Under the pieces are notes generated by a model, which was not told the origin of the DNA, did not search any database, and was given only the letters and a program-made list of their open reading frames with translations. Both the position numbers and the translations under genes were made by a program. From the human T2T-CHM13v2.0 reference genome, Homo sapiens, in assembly GCF_009914755.1 (NCBI RefSeq), contig NC_060929.1: DNA of 64,000 nt. One strand, 5' to 3'. Shown one piece after another: positions 39,916-53,200 of this stretch; positions within the stretch are counted from its first letter, which is position 1; every line of letters starts with the position of its first letter.

Positions 39916-41426
39916 ATGCACACATATGTATAAACACCTCTCATGTCAAGGAGGAAAATATTCCCAGCACCTCAGAAGTCTACTCTTTTCCCCTCCAAAT
40001 CCCTTTTCCCCAAAGGTAACAACTATCCTGATTTTAACACCATTTACCTATTTTCAATCATTATATAAATGGAATAAACAATATATATCCTTTGGTGTCT
40101 TCTAACTTTTGAAATTGATTGCATGTAACTGAAGTTCATTTATATTTGGATATAGTGTTTAAGTGTATAAATATGCATTAATTTATTTATCCATCTTACT
40201 GTTGTCAAACATTAGTTCTTCCCAGCCTGTGCCCTGTGAATAATGCTACCATAAACATTCTTATATATGTATTTTGTGTCAAATTTCTATTGATGATATT
40301 CCTGAAAGTGGAAATATTAGGTAATAAGTTATGGATATGTACAACTTTAGTAGATAGAGTTAAGCAATTTCCCAAGCTGGGTTTTATCAACTTAAACTTC
40401 TATGAGCAGAGTATAAAGCATTCCTATTGCTCTGCATCAGTCTTTTTAAATTTTAGCCATTTTGTTGAATGTGTAGTGGCATGAGCGGATTTAGTTTACA
40501 TTTCCCTGATGACTCAAAAAGCTGAGCTCTTTTTCAGATGTTTATTGACCATTTGAAGATCTTCTTTTGTGAAGTGCTTCCTCAGGGGTCTGCTGATCTA
40601 TTGGATTATATATAGCTTTTTCTTACTGATTTTTAGGAATTCTTTCTGCATTTTGGGAACAAGACCTTTGTCAACTGCATGTATTGCAAATATCTTCTAT
40701 TGTGTGGTCTGCCTTTTCACTTTCCTTATAGTGTCTTCTGATAATTAGAACTTCTTCATTTTAATTTAGTACAACCTACTAATATTTTCTTTACTGTTAG
40801 TGCTTTTTGTTGAGAAATCTTTCCTTATGCCAAGATCATAAAGACCTTTTTTGTTATGTTCTAGAAATTGTTTTTGTTTACTATTTATATTTAGATCTAC
40901 TATCCAAGTAGACTTACTTATTATGATGTAAGTTAGAGGTCAACTTTCATTTTTTCCCATATGAATATTCAGTTAACCCAGCACCATCTATCAATTGTTT
41001 CATCTCTTTTCTATACTGCAACCTTTATGATAAATTTAGCATTCATGATTGTGTATATCTGGTTTTAGACCCTTTATTCTGTTCTATTGATCTACCATCA
41101 ACTACTGTGGCTTTTAACCCAAATATTTCATACCACAAGTAGTCCATATTTTTCTTCTGCTTTAAGAGTATTTTCAATATTCTTAGCCCTTTGCATTGCC
41201 ATATAAATTTTAGAATCAGCTTGTTAACTTATATTTAAAAAAACAAACTGCTGATATTTCCGTTGGGATTTAAATCCATACATGAATTAGAGGAGAAGTA
41301 ACATCTGTATCATATTGCAACCTCTAATCAATGAACCTGGTATATACTTCCATCAATTTATGTCTTTATATCAATAATGCTTTACAGATTGAAGAAGACT
41401 TACATAAGTTTTATTTGATTTATAGC

Positions 41427-43698
41427 TGTATTAGTCCATTTTCATGCTGCTATTAAAGACATACCTGGGACTAGGCAATTTGCAAAAGAAAGAGGTTTAA
41501 TTGGACTTACATGGCTGGGGAAGGGAATGCAAGGAGGAGCAAGTCATGTCTTACACGGATGGCAGCAGGCCAAGAGACAGAGTTTGTTCAGGGAAACTCC
41601 CCCTTATGATAATCATCAGATCTAATGAGACTTACTCACTATCACAAGAACAGCATGGGAAAGACCTGCCCCATGATTCATTTACCTCCCACTGGGTCCC
41701 CCCCACAACACATGGGAATTCAAGATGAGACTTGGGTAGGGACACAGCCAAACCATATCAGTCCACCTCTGTCCCCTCCCCAACCTCATGTCCTCACATT
41801 TCAAAACCAATCATGACTTCCCAACCGTCTCCCAAAGTCTTCCCTCATTTCAGCATTAACTCAAAAGTCCACAGTCCAAAATCTCATCTGAGACAAGGCA
41901 AGTCCCTTCTGCCTATGAGCCGGTAGAATCAAAAGCAAGCTAGTTACTTCCTAGATACAATGGGGGTACAGGCATTGCATAAATACAGCCATTCCAAATA
42001 GGAGACATTGGCCAAAACAAAGGGGTTATAGGACCCATGCAAGTCCAAAGTCCAGTGGGGCAGTCAAATCTTGAAGCTCCAAAATGACCTCCTTTGACTC
42101 CATGTCTCACACCCAGGTCTCGCTGATGCAAGAGTTGGGTTCCCATGGTCATGGGCAGCTCTGCCCCTGTGGCTTGGCAGAGTACAGCCTCCCTCCTGAC
42201 TCCTTTCACAGGCTGGCATTGAGTGTCTGAGGCTTTTCCAGGTGCACAGTGCAAGCTATCAGTGGATCTACCATTCTGGGGTCTGGAGGATAGTGGCCCT
42301 CTTCTCACAGCTTCACTAGGCAGCATCCTTGTAGAAACTCTGTGTGGGGAATCTGACCCCACATTTCCCTTCCTCACTGCCCTAGCAGAGGTTCTCCATG
42401 AGAGCCCCATCCCAGTAGCAAACTTTTTTGCCTGGGCATCCAGGCATTTCCACACATCTTCTGAAATCTAGACAGACATTCCTAAATGTCAATTCTTGAC
42501 TTCTGTGCACTGGCATGCTCAGCACCACATGGAAGCTGCCCAGGCTTGGGGCTTCCACCCTCTGAGGCAACAGCCCGAGCTGTGCCTGTGGCCCGTTTTA
42601 GTCACAAATGCAGTGACTGGGATGCAGGGCACCAAGTCCCTAGACTTCACACAGCATGGGGACCCTGGGCCTGGTCCATGAAACCACTTTCTCCTAGGCC
42701 TCTGGGCCTGTGATGGGAAGGGCTGCCATGAAGACCTCTGACATGCTCTGGAGACATTTTCTCCATTGTCTTGGAGATTAACATTCGGCTCCTCATTACT
42801 TACGCAAATTTCTGCAGCCAGGTTGAATTTCTCCTTACAAAATGGGATTTTTTTTTTTTTCTATCACATTGTCAGGCTGCAAATTTTCCAAATCTTTATG
42901 CTCTCCTTCGCTTATGAAACTGAATGACTTTACCAGCACCCAAGTCACCTCTGGAACGCTTTGCTCCTTAGAAATTTCTTCCATGGGATACCCTAAATCA
43001 TCTCTCTCAAGCTCAAAGTTCCACAAATCTCTAGGGCGGGACAAAATGCTGCCAGTCTCTTTGCTAAAACATAACAGGAGTCACCTTTGCGACAGTTCCC
43101 AACAAGTTCCTCATCTCCATCTGAGACTACCTCAGCCTGGATTTCATTGTCCATATCATTATCGGCATTTTAGTCAAAGTCATTCAACAAGTCTCTAGGG
43201 AGTTCAAACTTTCCCATATTTTCCTGTCTTCTTCTGAGTACTCCAAACTGTTCCAACCTCTGTCCGTTACCCAGTTCCAAAGTCGTTTCCACATTTTTGG
43301 GTGTCTTTTCAGCAACACAACACTCTACTGGTACCAATTTACTGTATTAGTCCATTTTCACACTGCTGATAAAGACATACCCGAGACCGGGCAATTTACA
43401 AAAGAAAGAGTTTTAATTGGACTTAGAGTTCCACATGGCTGGGGAAGCCCCACAATCATGGTGGAAGTCACAGAGAAGCAAGTCACATATTACATGGATG
43501 GCAGCAAGCAAAAAGAGAACTTGTTCACAAAAACTCCCCCTTATAGAAACCATCAGATCTCGTGAGACTTACTCACTATCATGAGAACAGCACGGAAAAG
43601 ATCTGCCCCCATGATTCAATTACTTCCCACCAGGTCTCTCCCACAACACATGGGAATTCAAGATGAGATTTGGGTGGGGACACAGCCAAACCATATCA
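41427..43698 (-). mobile_element. Full-length THE1 (THE1B/A-like) MaLR: LTR 41427-41760, internal region, LTR 43343-43698
   Basis: Both LTRs run TGTATTAGTCC...AAACCATATCA. 5 bp TSD ATAGC at 41422-41426 and 43699-43703. Confidence 0.96.
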
Positions 43699-46587
43699 AT
43701 AGCCAACATGCTACTGTAAATAGTCATCTTTGCATTTGATTTTCTAACTTGTCTAGCTATATAGAAATATATGAAAATGTGTATATGACCTTGTACAAAG
43801 AAACTTGATAAATTAACTTATTAATTATAACATTCTGTCTGTAGACTGTTTTGAGTTTTTGATGTATGCAATCATATCATTAAAAACAAAATTTCCATAT
43901 CTTTCAAATCCCAGTAGCTTTTAATTTTTTTATGTATTTTTATAATTTCAACTTTTATTTTAGATTCAGAAGGTATATGTACACATTTGTTACATGAGTA
44001 TATTACGTGATGCTGAGGTCTGGGGGTATGATTGATCTCATCACCCAGGAAGGGAGCATAGTGCCCAGTAGTTAGTTTTTTGACCCTGTATCTCTGCCAG
44101 ATTTTGATATCAGGGAGATGTTGGCTTCATAGAATCCATTACGGAGGAGTCTGGCCTCTTCAATTTTTTTGGAATAGTTTCAGTAGAATTGGCTCCAGAT
44201 TTTCTTTGTATGTCTGGTAGAATTTGGCTATGATTCCATCTGGTCCAGGGCTTTTTTGGTTGATAGGTTTATTACTGATTCAATTTCAGAACTCAATATT
44301 GGTCTATTCAGGGTTTCAATTCTGTCCTGACTCAATCATAGGAATTTATATGTTTCCGGGAATTTATCTATTTTCTCTAGATTTCCCAGGTAATGTGCAT
44401 AGAGTTGTTTGTAACACTCTCTGAGGATCATTTAGATTTCTGTGGGATTAGCTGTAATGTCACCTTTGTTGTTTTCTGGTTTTGCTTATTTTGGTCTCCG
44501 TTTGTTTCTTTGTTAATTTAGTTAGTGGTCTATAGATCTTGTTTATCCTTTCAAAGAAGAACTGTTGGTTTTATCGATTCTCTGTATGAATTTTTGGGTC
44601 TTGATGTCATTTGTCTCTGCTCTGATTTTATTTATTTATTTTCTTCTGTTAGTTTTGGGGTTAGTTTGTTCTTGTTTTTATAGTTCCACTAAGAGTGATG
44701 TTAGATTGTTAAATGGAAATCTTTCTAACATTTTGAAATAGGCATTTAGTGCTACAAACTTTCCTCTTAACACTGCTTTTGCTGCATCCAGGAGATTTTG
44801 GTATATTGTGTCTCTGTTTTCATTATTTGATTTCTTCCTTAATTTCATTGTTTACCCAAAATCATACAGAAGCAAGTTGTTTAATTTCCATGTAATTTTG
44901 CATTTTCGAGAGATCTTCCTGATGTTGAGTTCTATTTTTATCCCACTGTGGTCTAAGATTAAGGTTGGTATGATTTTAATCGTTTGGGATTTATTGAGAC
45001 TTACTTTATGACTGAGCATGTAATTGAGCTCAATGTGTGTTCCATGTGCAGATGTACATTCTGTGGTTGATGAGTATTCTGTAGATGTCTATTAGTTCCA
45101 ATTGGTCAAGTGTCGAATTGAAGTCCGGAATTTCTTTGTGAGTTTTCTGCCTTGATGATCTGACTAATGCTGTCAGTGGGTTGCTGAAGTCTCCCACTAT
45201 TATTGTGTGGCTAAGTCTTTTCACAGGTCTAGAAGTACTTGTTTTATAAACCTAGGTGCTCCAATGCTGGGAGCATGTATATTTAGGGTAGTTAAGACTT
45301 CCTGATGAACTGAACCTTTTATCATTAAGTAATTTCCTTCTTTAATTTTTTTTTTACTGTTTTTGGTTTAAAGTCTATTTTATCTGATACATAAATAGTG
45401 ACCCCTGCTCTTTTTTGTTTTCCATTTTCTTAATAGGTCTTTCCAACTTTGAGCCTATATGTGTCATTTGAGATGGGTCTCTTGAAGACAGCAGAGAGAT
45501 AGGTCTTGCTTTTTTATTCAATTTGCCACTCTGTGCCTTTGGAGTGGGGGCATTGAGACCATATACGTTCAAGGTTAATATTGATATGTAAGATTTTAAT
45601 CATATTGAAGTTTTTATTTGGTTGCTTTGTAGTTTCTATAGTCTGGTTGCATTATAGGATCTGCAGGCTATTTTCTTAAGTGTGTTTTTATGGTGCCTGC
45701 TATTATTCTTTCAATTCCATGTTTAGAAGTCTCTTAAGGATCTCTTGTAAGGCTCACCTAGCAGTAATGAATTCCCTTAGTGCTTATTGTCTGGAAAAGA
45801 TTTTATTTCTCCTTCACTGATGAAACTTAGTTTGGCAGGATATGAAATTCTTGGTTGAAATTTATTTTCTTTAAGAATGCTGAAAATAGGCCCCAGTGTC
45901 TTCTGGCTTGTGGGGCTTCTGCTGAGAAGTCTGTTGTTAGAAGTCTGATAGGGTTCCCTTTGTATGTGATCTGATCTTTTCTCTAGCTGCCTTTAAGATT
46001 TTTTTCTTTGGTGTTGACACTGGACAATCTGGTGACTACATATGCCTTGGTGATGTTCATTTTGTATAGTATCTCACACATGTTCTGTGGATTTCCTGTA
46101 TCTAGATGTCTTATTCTCTAGCAAGATTAGGGGAATTTTCTTGAATTATTCCCTCAAATATGTTTACCAAGTTGTTTACTTTTTCTCCTTCTCTCTCAAG
46201 AATGCCAATAATTCATAGGTTTGATCACTTTACATAATCCCATATTTGTCAAATCTGTTCATTTTTTAAAATTCTTTTTTCTTTATTTTTGTTTGACTGG
46301 CTTAGTTCTGAAGACTGGCATTCAAGCCATAAAATTTTTTCTTCTGCTTGGTCTAATCTATACATAAAGCTTTCAACTGAATTTTGAAATTCCTTAAGTG
46401 AGTTTTTCAATTCCAGAAGCTCTGATTGATGTCTTTTTAAGATATTCATCTCTTCCTTTATTTCCTGGATTGCTTCAGGAGCTTGTGTTGATTTTCAACC
46501 TTGTCTTGCATCTCATTGAGCTTCCTTGTAATCCACACTTTGAATTTTTCATTTGTTATTTCTGAGTTTCCAATTTGATTAGGGACC

Positions 46588-49011
46588 TGATATGGTTTAG
46601 CTCTGTGTCCCCACCCAAAACTCATGTTGAATTGTTATCCCTAATGTTGGCAGTGAGGTCTGGTGGAAGGTGATTGGATCATAGGTGTGGTTTCTAATGG
46701 TTTAGCACCATCCCTCTAGTTCTGCCTTGTGATAGAGTTCTCCCGAGATCTGCTTGTTTAAAAGTGTGTAGCACCTGTCCCCCTTCCTCCTGCTCCCACT
46801 ATGTAAGACATGCTTGCTTCCCCTTCCCCTTCCACCATGACTGGAAGTTTTCTGAAGCCTCCCCAGCAGTAGAAACCTGTCCTGCAAAATCATTAGCTAA
46901 TTAAACCTCTTTTCTTTATAAATTACCCAGTTTCAATTATTTCTTTATAGCATTGCAAGCACAGACTAATACAGAAAATTACTACCAGAGAGGTAGGGCA
47001 TTGCTATAAAGATACCTGAGAATATGGAAGCAACTTTGGAACTGAATAATGGGCAGAGGTTGGAACAGTTTGGAGGGCTCAGAAAAAGACAAAGGAGATG
47101 AGGGAGACTTTGGAACTTCCTGGAGTTTTGTTAAATGGTTGCAACCAAAATGCTGACAGTAAAAGGGACAGTGAAGTCCAGGCTAAGGAGGTCTCAGATT
47201 GAGATGAGGAACTTATTGGGGACTGGAGTAAAGGTCACTCTTGCTGTGCTTTAGTAAACAGACTGGTAATATTGTGCCTGGGCTCTAGAGATCTGTGGGA
47301 ATTTGAACTTCAGAGAGATGATTTAGGGTATCTGGCAGAAGAAATTTCTAAGCACGTTCAAAATGTAGCCTGGCTGCATCTAAAAGCCTATACTCATTTC
47401 CATAAGCAAAGAAATGATCTGAAACTGCAATTTATATTTAAAAGGGAAGCAAAGCATAAAAGTTCAAAAAATTTGCAGCCTGGATATAAGGTAGAAAAGA
47501 AAATCCCATTTTCAGGTAAGGAATTAAATCCTTCTGCAGAAATTTGCCTAAGTAAAGAGGAGCCCAATGTTAGTAGCCAATACAATGGGGAAAATGACTG
47601 GAAGGTATTTCAAAGACCTGCATGGCAGGCCCCCCCAACCACCAAACCCTTCCTCCATCACAGGCCTGGAGGCCTAGGAGGGAAGAGTGGTTTCATGGGC
47701 AAGGCCCAAGGCTCCACTGCCCTGCACAACCTCAGGACACTGCTCCCTGTGTCCCAGCCACTCCAGCTCCAACTGTGGCTAAAAGGGTCCCAGATACATT
47801 TCAGGCCACTGCTTGAGAGGGTGCAAGCCACAAGCCAAGGTTTTCATGTGGTATTTAGCCTTCAGGTGTGCAGAGGGCAAGAGTTGAGGCTTAGGAGTCT
47901 CCACTTAGATTTCAGAGGATGTATAAAAATGCCTGGATGTCCAGGCAGAAGTCTGCTGAAGGGGCAGAGTCCTTATGGAGAACCTCTACTGGGAAAGTGA
48001 AGAGGGAAAATGTGGGATTGGAGACCACACACAGAGTTCCCACGGAGCACTACCTAGTGTAGCTGTGAGGAGAGGGCCACCATCCTCCAGACCATAGAAT
48101 GGTTGATCCACTGTCAGCTTGTATCATGTGCCTGGAAAAGCTATGGGGGTGCTCAATACCAGCCCATGAAAGCAGGTGCAAAGGCTGTACTGTGGAGCCA
48201 TGAGGCAGAGCTGCCTAAGGCCTTAGGAGCCCACCCTTTGGATCAGTGTGGCCTGGATGTGAGACATAGAGTCAAAGAAGATTATTTTGGAGCTTTGGGA
48301 TTTAATGACTTCCCTGCCGGGTTTTGGACTTGCATGGGGTTTGTTGCCCCTTTGTTTTGGCTGATTTATGTTTTTTCAAAAGGGAATATTTACCCAATGC
48401 CTATACCCCCCATTGTACCTTGGAAATAACTAACTTGTTTTGATTTTACAGGCTCATAGGTGAAAGGGACATTCCTTGTTTCACGTGAGACTTTAGATTG
48501 CACTTTTGTGTTAATGCTGAAATGAGTTAAGACCTGGGGGACTGCTTAGAAGGGATGATTGTATTTTGCAATGTGAGAAGAGCATGAGATTTGGGAGGGG
48601 CCAGGGACAGAATGATAGGGTTTGGTTCTGTATCCCCACCCAAATCTCATTTTGAATTACAATCCCCAATGTTGGAGATGGGGCCTGGTGGGAGGTGATT
48701 GGATCATTGGGGTTGTTTCTAATGGTTAGGCACCTTTCCCCCAGTGCTGTCTCATAATAGAGTTCTCCCAAGATCTGCTTGTTTGAAAGTGCGTAGCACC
48801 TCCTCCCTCTCTCTTCTCCCTGTTCCTGCCATTTAAGACATGCTTGTTTCCTCTTCACCTTCTGCCATGACTGTAAGTTTCCTGAGGCCTCCCCAGAAGC
48901 AGAAGCCTGTACAGCCTACAGAACCATGAGCTAGTTAAATCTCTTTTCTTTATAAATTACTCACTTTCAGGTATTTCTTTCTTTACAGCAGTGTGAGAAC
49001 AGACTAATACA
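46588..49011 (+). mobile_element. Full-length MSTA MaLR: LTR 46588-46973, internal region, LTR 48613-49011
   Basis: LTRs run TGATA...GACTAATACA, with MaLR internal sequence between them. GACC is duplicated at the flanks and L1 ORF1 resumes afterwards. Confidence 0.93.
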
Positions 49012-49699
49012 GACCATTGCTGGAGATCTAGTGTGATCCTTTGGTAGTGTGACTACACTCAGATTTTTTATGGTGTCAGAATTCTTATGCTGGTTCCTTC
49101 TCATCTGAGGATGATGACATTTTTAATTTTTGTAATGATTTTCATGCAGGTAGAATTTTTTCTTTTGCTTTCTTTCTTTCCCTATAATATTATTGCTTAT
49201 TTTTCTTTCCCTTTTTCTCCTTCCCTAGAGAGTGTGACATAGAGAATGCTGTGTTGTGTCTTTTGGCTTCGCTCCTACAGCCCTACTCACTTCTTTTGAC
49301 AGATATTATATTGGGCTGTGCAGTTTGACCTACAAGGTACCAAATGGCATTTATGGGTGAGAGCCAGCCATAGCCAATGCAGCTGGGTATTTACTTGATC
49401 CTTGTTTAGTGGGAGAAGCTCTCTATTACATCAGCCAATGGGCTGATCTGAGGAATGAGCAATGAGCTCCCTATTCAGCCCCAGGTAGACGGGAACAACA
49501 TACACAAACCAGGCAGACCCACCTACAGGTCCCACAATGGCAGGCAAAAACACCAGCACCAAGGGAGAATCCCATGGGCAGCCACCAAGCATGCAGAGGT
49601 GTGCCTAGCTGTGGAACTGGGAGACCTCCTCAGCCCCAGTTTCTCTGCGTGGGGAGTATGGGTAGCCTAAAGGCCTAACCTAGGAGAGTGGGATGCCTG

Positions 49700-50295
49700 G
49701 AAATGAAGCATAGAGGGCCCAGCTTCACAACAATTTCTGCAAAGGAAGGATGGGGCAGCTCAGGCTGCTTATCTTGGTGAGTAGTTGCTCCAATTGCCTG
49801 GAGCAAAGAAGGCACAGCTGCACCATGATCTTGGCACAGGAAGGATGGAGTGGTTTAGGTTGCTGGTCCAGGCAAGTAGATCCCCTGAAAGCCTATAGAT
49901 CTGCCTGACCATAAAGTAGAGAGGGTCCTGCTGCACCACAATCTCTGTGCAGGAAGAGTGGGGCAGCTCAGGCTGTTGACCCAGGTGAGCAGGTCCTCTG
50001 AACGAATGCCTGGAGATCTGCCTGGGCATGGAGTGGGAAAGAGCTCCCCTGCACCAGTATCTCTGCACAGGAGGTTTGGGGCTACTTAGCCTACTAAACC
50101 AGGCAAGTGGGTACTCTGAATGCCAAGAGATCTGCTGAGGCATGGAGTGACGAGAGTTCCTCTATAGCATGATCTGTGTCCAGGAAGGAAAAGGCAGCTG
50201 CCTGAGCTGGACCTCCAGGCAAGTGAGTGCTCTAAATGCCTCTAGATATGCTGGAAGGTGGAGCAGAGGGCTCACTGTACCACCATCTCAGGGGA
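49700..50295. repeat. About five diverged ~113 bp tandem monomers in the L1 5'UTR
   Basis: CTGCACC...CAGGAAG...CCAGGCAAGT...ATGCCTGGAGATCTGC units anchored near 49722, 49818, 49931, 50049, 50162 and 50276. Confidence 0.8.
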
Positions 50296-53200
50296 GCAGA
50301 CCAGGACACCCAGCAATGGCACATGAAGATGTGCTCTAGGTCACCAAGCTTCCCCAGCTGCAAGTCTAGTTTCCCAAGAGAAACCACAGCTGTAGCAGCT
50401 CTCCTCGCACCCAAGGCCTGCAACGTGGGAGAGCATATTTCCAGTGTCCACTGCTGAGGCACTTTCCACAATTCTGGCTATAGAATCCCCTACCTCACTC
50501 CAGAGCAAGCACTCCAATCTCTGGCCTGAGACTAAAATGCCTGTGCAACCAAGCTGCCCAAGTAGCCAAAGAATCACTGACTTTATACACACCCACATTA
50601 AAAGTGGCATGCTCTCAGTCCCAGGTCTGGGAAAAATGCCTGCAGCCTGTCCCGGTTCTGGGGAATGCCTTCAGCTTTCCCCAGTGTCTTTCCCTCACAG
50701 AGTCTCTAAATGTGTGCCCAAGTTAGCTTCAGGGTTTGGGAGAAACAAAGTGCTCTCCCTTGGCCTGGGTTGCTTGGATCCCCACTGGAAAGCTGAGTCA
50801 CAAAGAGAGGTTCTCTGACTCTCTCACGTACTGGGGCTTCACTTATTTTTATTGACCAGATGCCATCATGGGGCCTGTTTGCCCACATTCTCCTCCCCAA
50901 GATCTGAGGCATCCTTCATGATTCTAGTGTGATTCTAGTGGAGTTCCATTTTCTGTCTTGAATTGAAGCCCGCAGAGTTGAATCTTGTGCACTATCTTGC
51001 TATTCATAATTCACCATCTTGGGAAAAAAAGCTTTTAGTTTTCCTTGCCTACAAAACAATGTTTAATAGAAATAAGGCCTTTCTTTCTCATTTTTAGCTC
51101 AGAGGAAACCTTTCAACATTTCTTCTTTAAGTATGATGTTTGCTGTAGGCTTTTTGTACATCTGCACCATAATCAGATTAAGGAACTCTTCCATCCCATT
51201 CTTAATTTCCTAATTTTTATTGTGAATGGAAGATAAGTTTTATAAAATTATTTTTCTGTATCTACTTTTCTCTTTTATTCTGTTAATGTTGTAAATTTAA
51301 AAACATTATTTGCAAATGGTAAATACTCTTGCATTTCTGGACTATATTCCATTTGATCCTGATATAATAGCCTTTTTATATATTGCTAGATTCTGTTTAT
51401 TAATCTTGATTTAGAATTTTGGTATCTCTGTTTATGAATGAGATTAGCCTGATATTTGCCTTACGCTGATTTCTCAGATTTTGCTTTTAAGGTTATGCTG
51501 GCCTCATAAACACATTGGAATGCAGTCACTCTTTTTTTTTTCTAGAAGACTTTGTATAAGATTGGCACTGTTGTTTGTGTGTGTGCGCGTGTGCGCATGC
51601 ACATGCGTGTTTGTATACACACAAAAAATAATGTTTGGTAGAATTTTCCCAAAAGACTCCGGATCATAAGTTTCCATTTCGATGAAGGTTTAAAATGCTG
51701 ATTCAATATAAAAGTTATATGATGGGACGAAAGAGCAGCAGTCCAGCAATCCATTTTCTTCTTTTACTGGAAAGACATCTTGGTAGAAAGACAGATGACC
51801 AAATCAAGTAAACATGCCAATGATAGACCGCCTCAACACCAACTCATTTTAGCATTAGGCACCCAGTATATCTTCTGATAGACTGGCCCATGGTGGGGAG
51901 AAATTTGTCATTTTCAAAATAATTTTTTCTTCATTGCACTAAGAATTAAACTTTGCTATTTCAATTTTCTCTACTCTTATTGGCTTAATTGTAAACACCT
52001 CCAAGTCAGGTGTTTTCTTCTAATGTTCACTTTTATTCACCACCTCAGGGTCCAACATAATGAACCGACTGATGGGAAAAGAATCAGAAGAAAACATTAA
52101 TCTCCAGAATGCTATTTCCACAATTTCCATGTACTCATTAGGGAAAAAATGAACTATTGAAGCAAAAGTTATTTGAAGGTATCTTGTAATTAGCAGATAA
52201 AGCAAAACTGCTCGATCTTGAAGGTAAGATCAGTCCAAGTCTTTTCAATTGCCACACATGCCTTCACCAACATGTAGTCTCCCAAAGGAAGAACAAAGGG
52301 ATAAATAAGATATTTGAGTTGACAGTTTGATATGAGAAACACTTATTTTTGGTGGGTTACCTCAGTCATAACTCAGCAACTATTTCCCATCACTTTCTAA
52401 TAACACAAAAGGTAACCATTATGTTGTGATGTCATGTTCTTAGAAATGTGATTCAAGAGAGTCACAGTGCTCTTCAACATGCTTTCCTCTTTCCTTAATC
52501 ATTTTCAAACTGGATAACTTACATTTGAAGTGACATGGAGAATGATTTTTTTCTTTATACGACAAGGTGGAGAGTGGGGAACCCTACTCTTTTAGAACAA
52601 ACTCAGGGTTTCTCAAGTAAGTGTTAATCTATATTGCTGTCAAACAAATTATTTTTTCAATTAAGGCATAAGGGAACTCTTTGTATTTCTTAAAAATGAA
52701 AAAGCTCTTTATTAATCCTCTTGGGTTGTGACATGGACAAAATTATCAATAAAATCATAGCCTTTATACAAGCCTCCAAAACCTTCAGAAACTGAACTGA
52801 ACAGTTCTGATCCTCCATGGGCACAGCTCTTCCATTAGGTCAGGAACTGTTTTAAACTGCCGATATTCTTTAAATCTGTTATACACTCCACAAATAGAAT
52901 TTTCTTTATTTCAACACAGAATTGGCTGTAATAACTGATTTGATCAGTCATATTTAGTTCAGCTCATATTCATACTATAATATTAAAGCGTGGAGAGATA
53001 TAATGGTCCTACCGTTCTTCACAAACTCAGACTGCTATGACAATATACACTGAAGAGTTTGCATACTCTACAGTTCTACTGTTGTCATATACCCAAAGCT
53101 ACTGTTTCTATTTCTAAAATGTCTTAGGACGTGGGAAAATAGTATGCTTTTTAAAAGACAGATAACTTACACTAAAGTATATCAAGCACCAGGAAACACT

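Larger units (their letters stand above)
43929..51029 (-). mobile_element. L1 of L1PA16/L1PB4 age with both ends, a large internal deletion and an MSTA insertion
   Basis: 3' tip at 43929-44087 is fused to mid-ORF2. Endonuclease relics (IIVGDF, NVYGLNAP), ORF1 relic and 5'UTR follow. TSD AGCTTTTA(A/G)TTTT at 43916-43928 and 51030-51042. Confidence 0.85.
39930..51730 (-). mobile_element. Ancient L1M (L1ME-like) host element in three pieces (about 39930-41426, 43699-43928, 51030-51730)
   Basis: Collinear antisense L1 ORF2/3' sequence that resumes after each TSD-bounded insertion. Confidence 0.75.

Noticed and set aside
41940-48429. 171 aa (41940-42455) and 242 aa (47272-48000) ORFs
   Set aside because: They lie wholly inside THE1 and MSTA internal regions and are decayed MaLR frames, not host genes.
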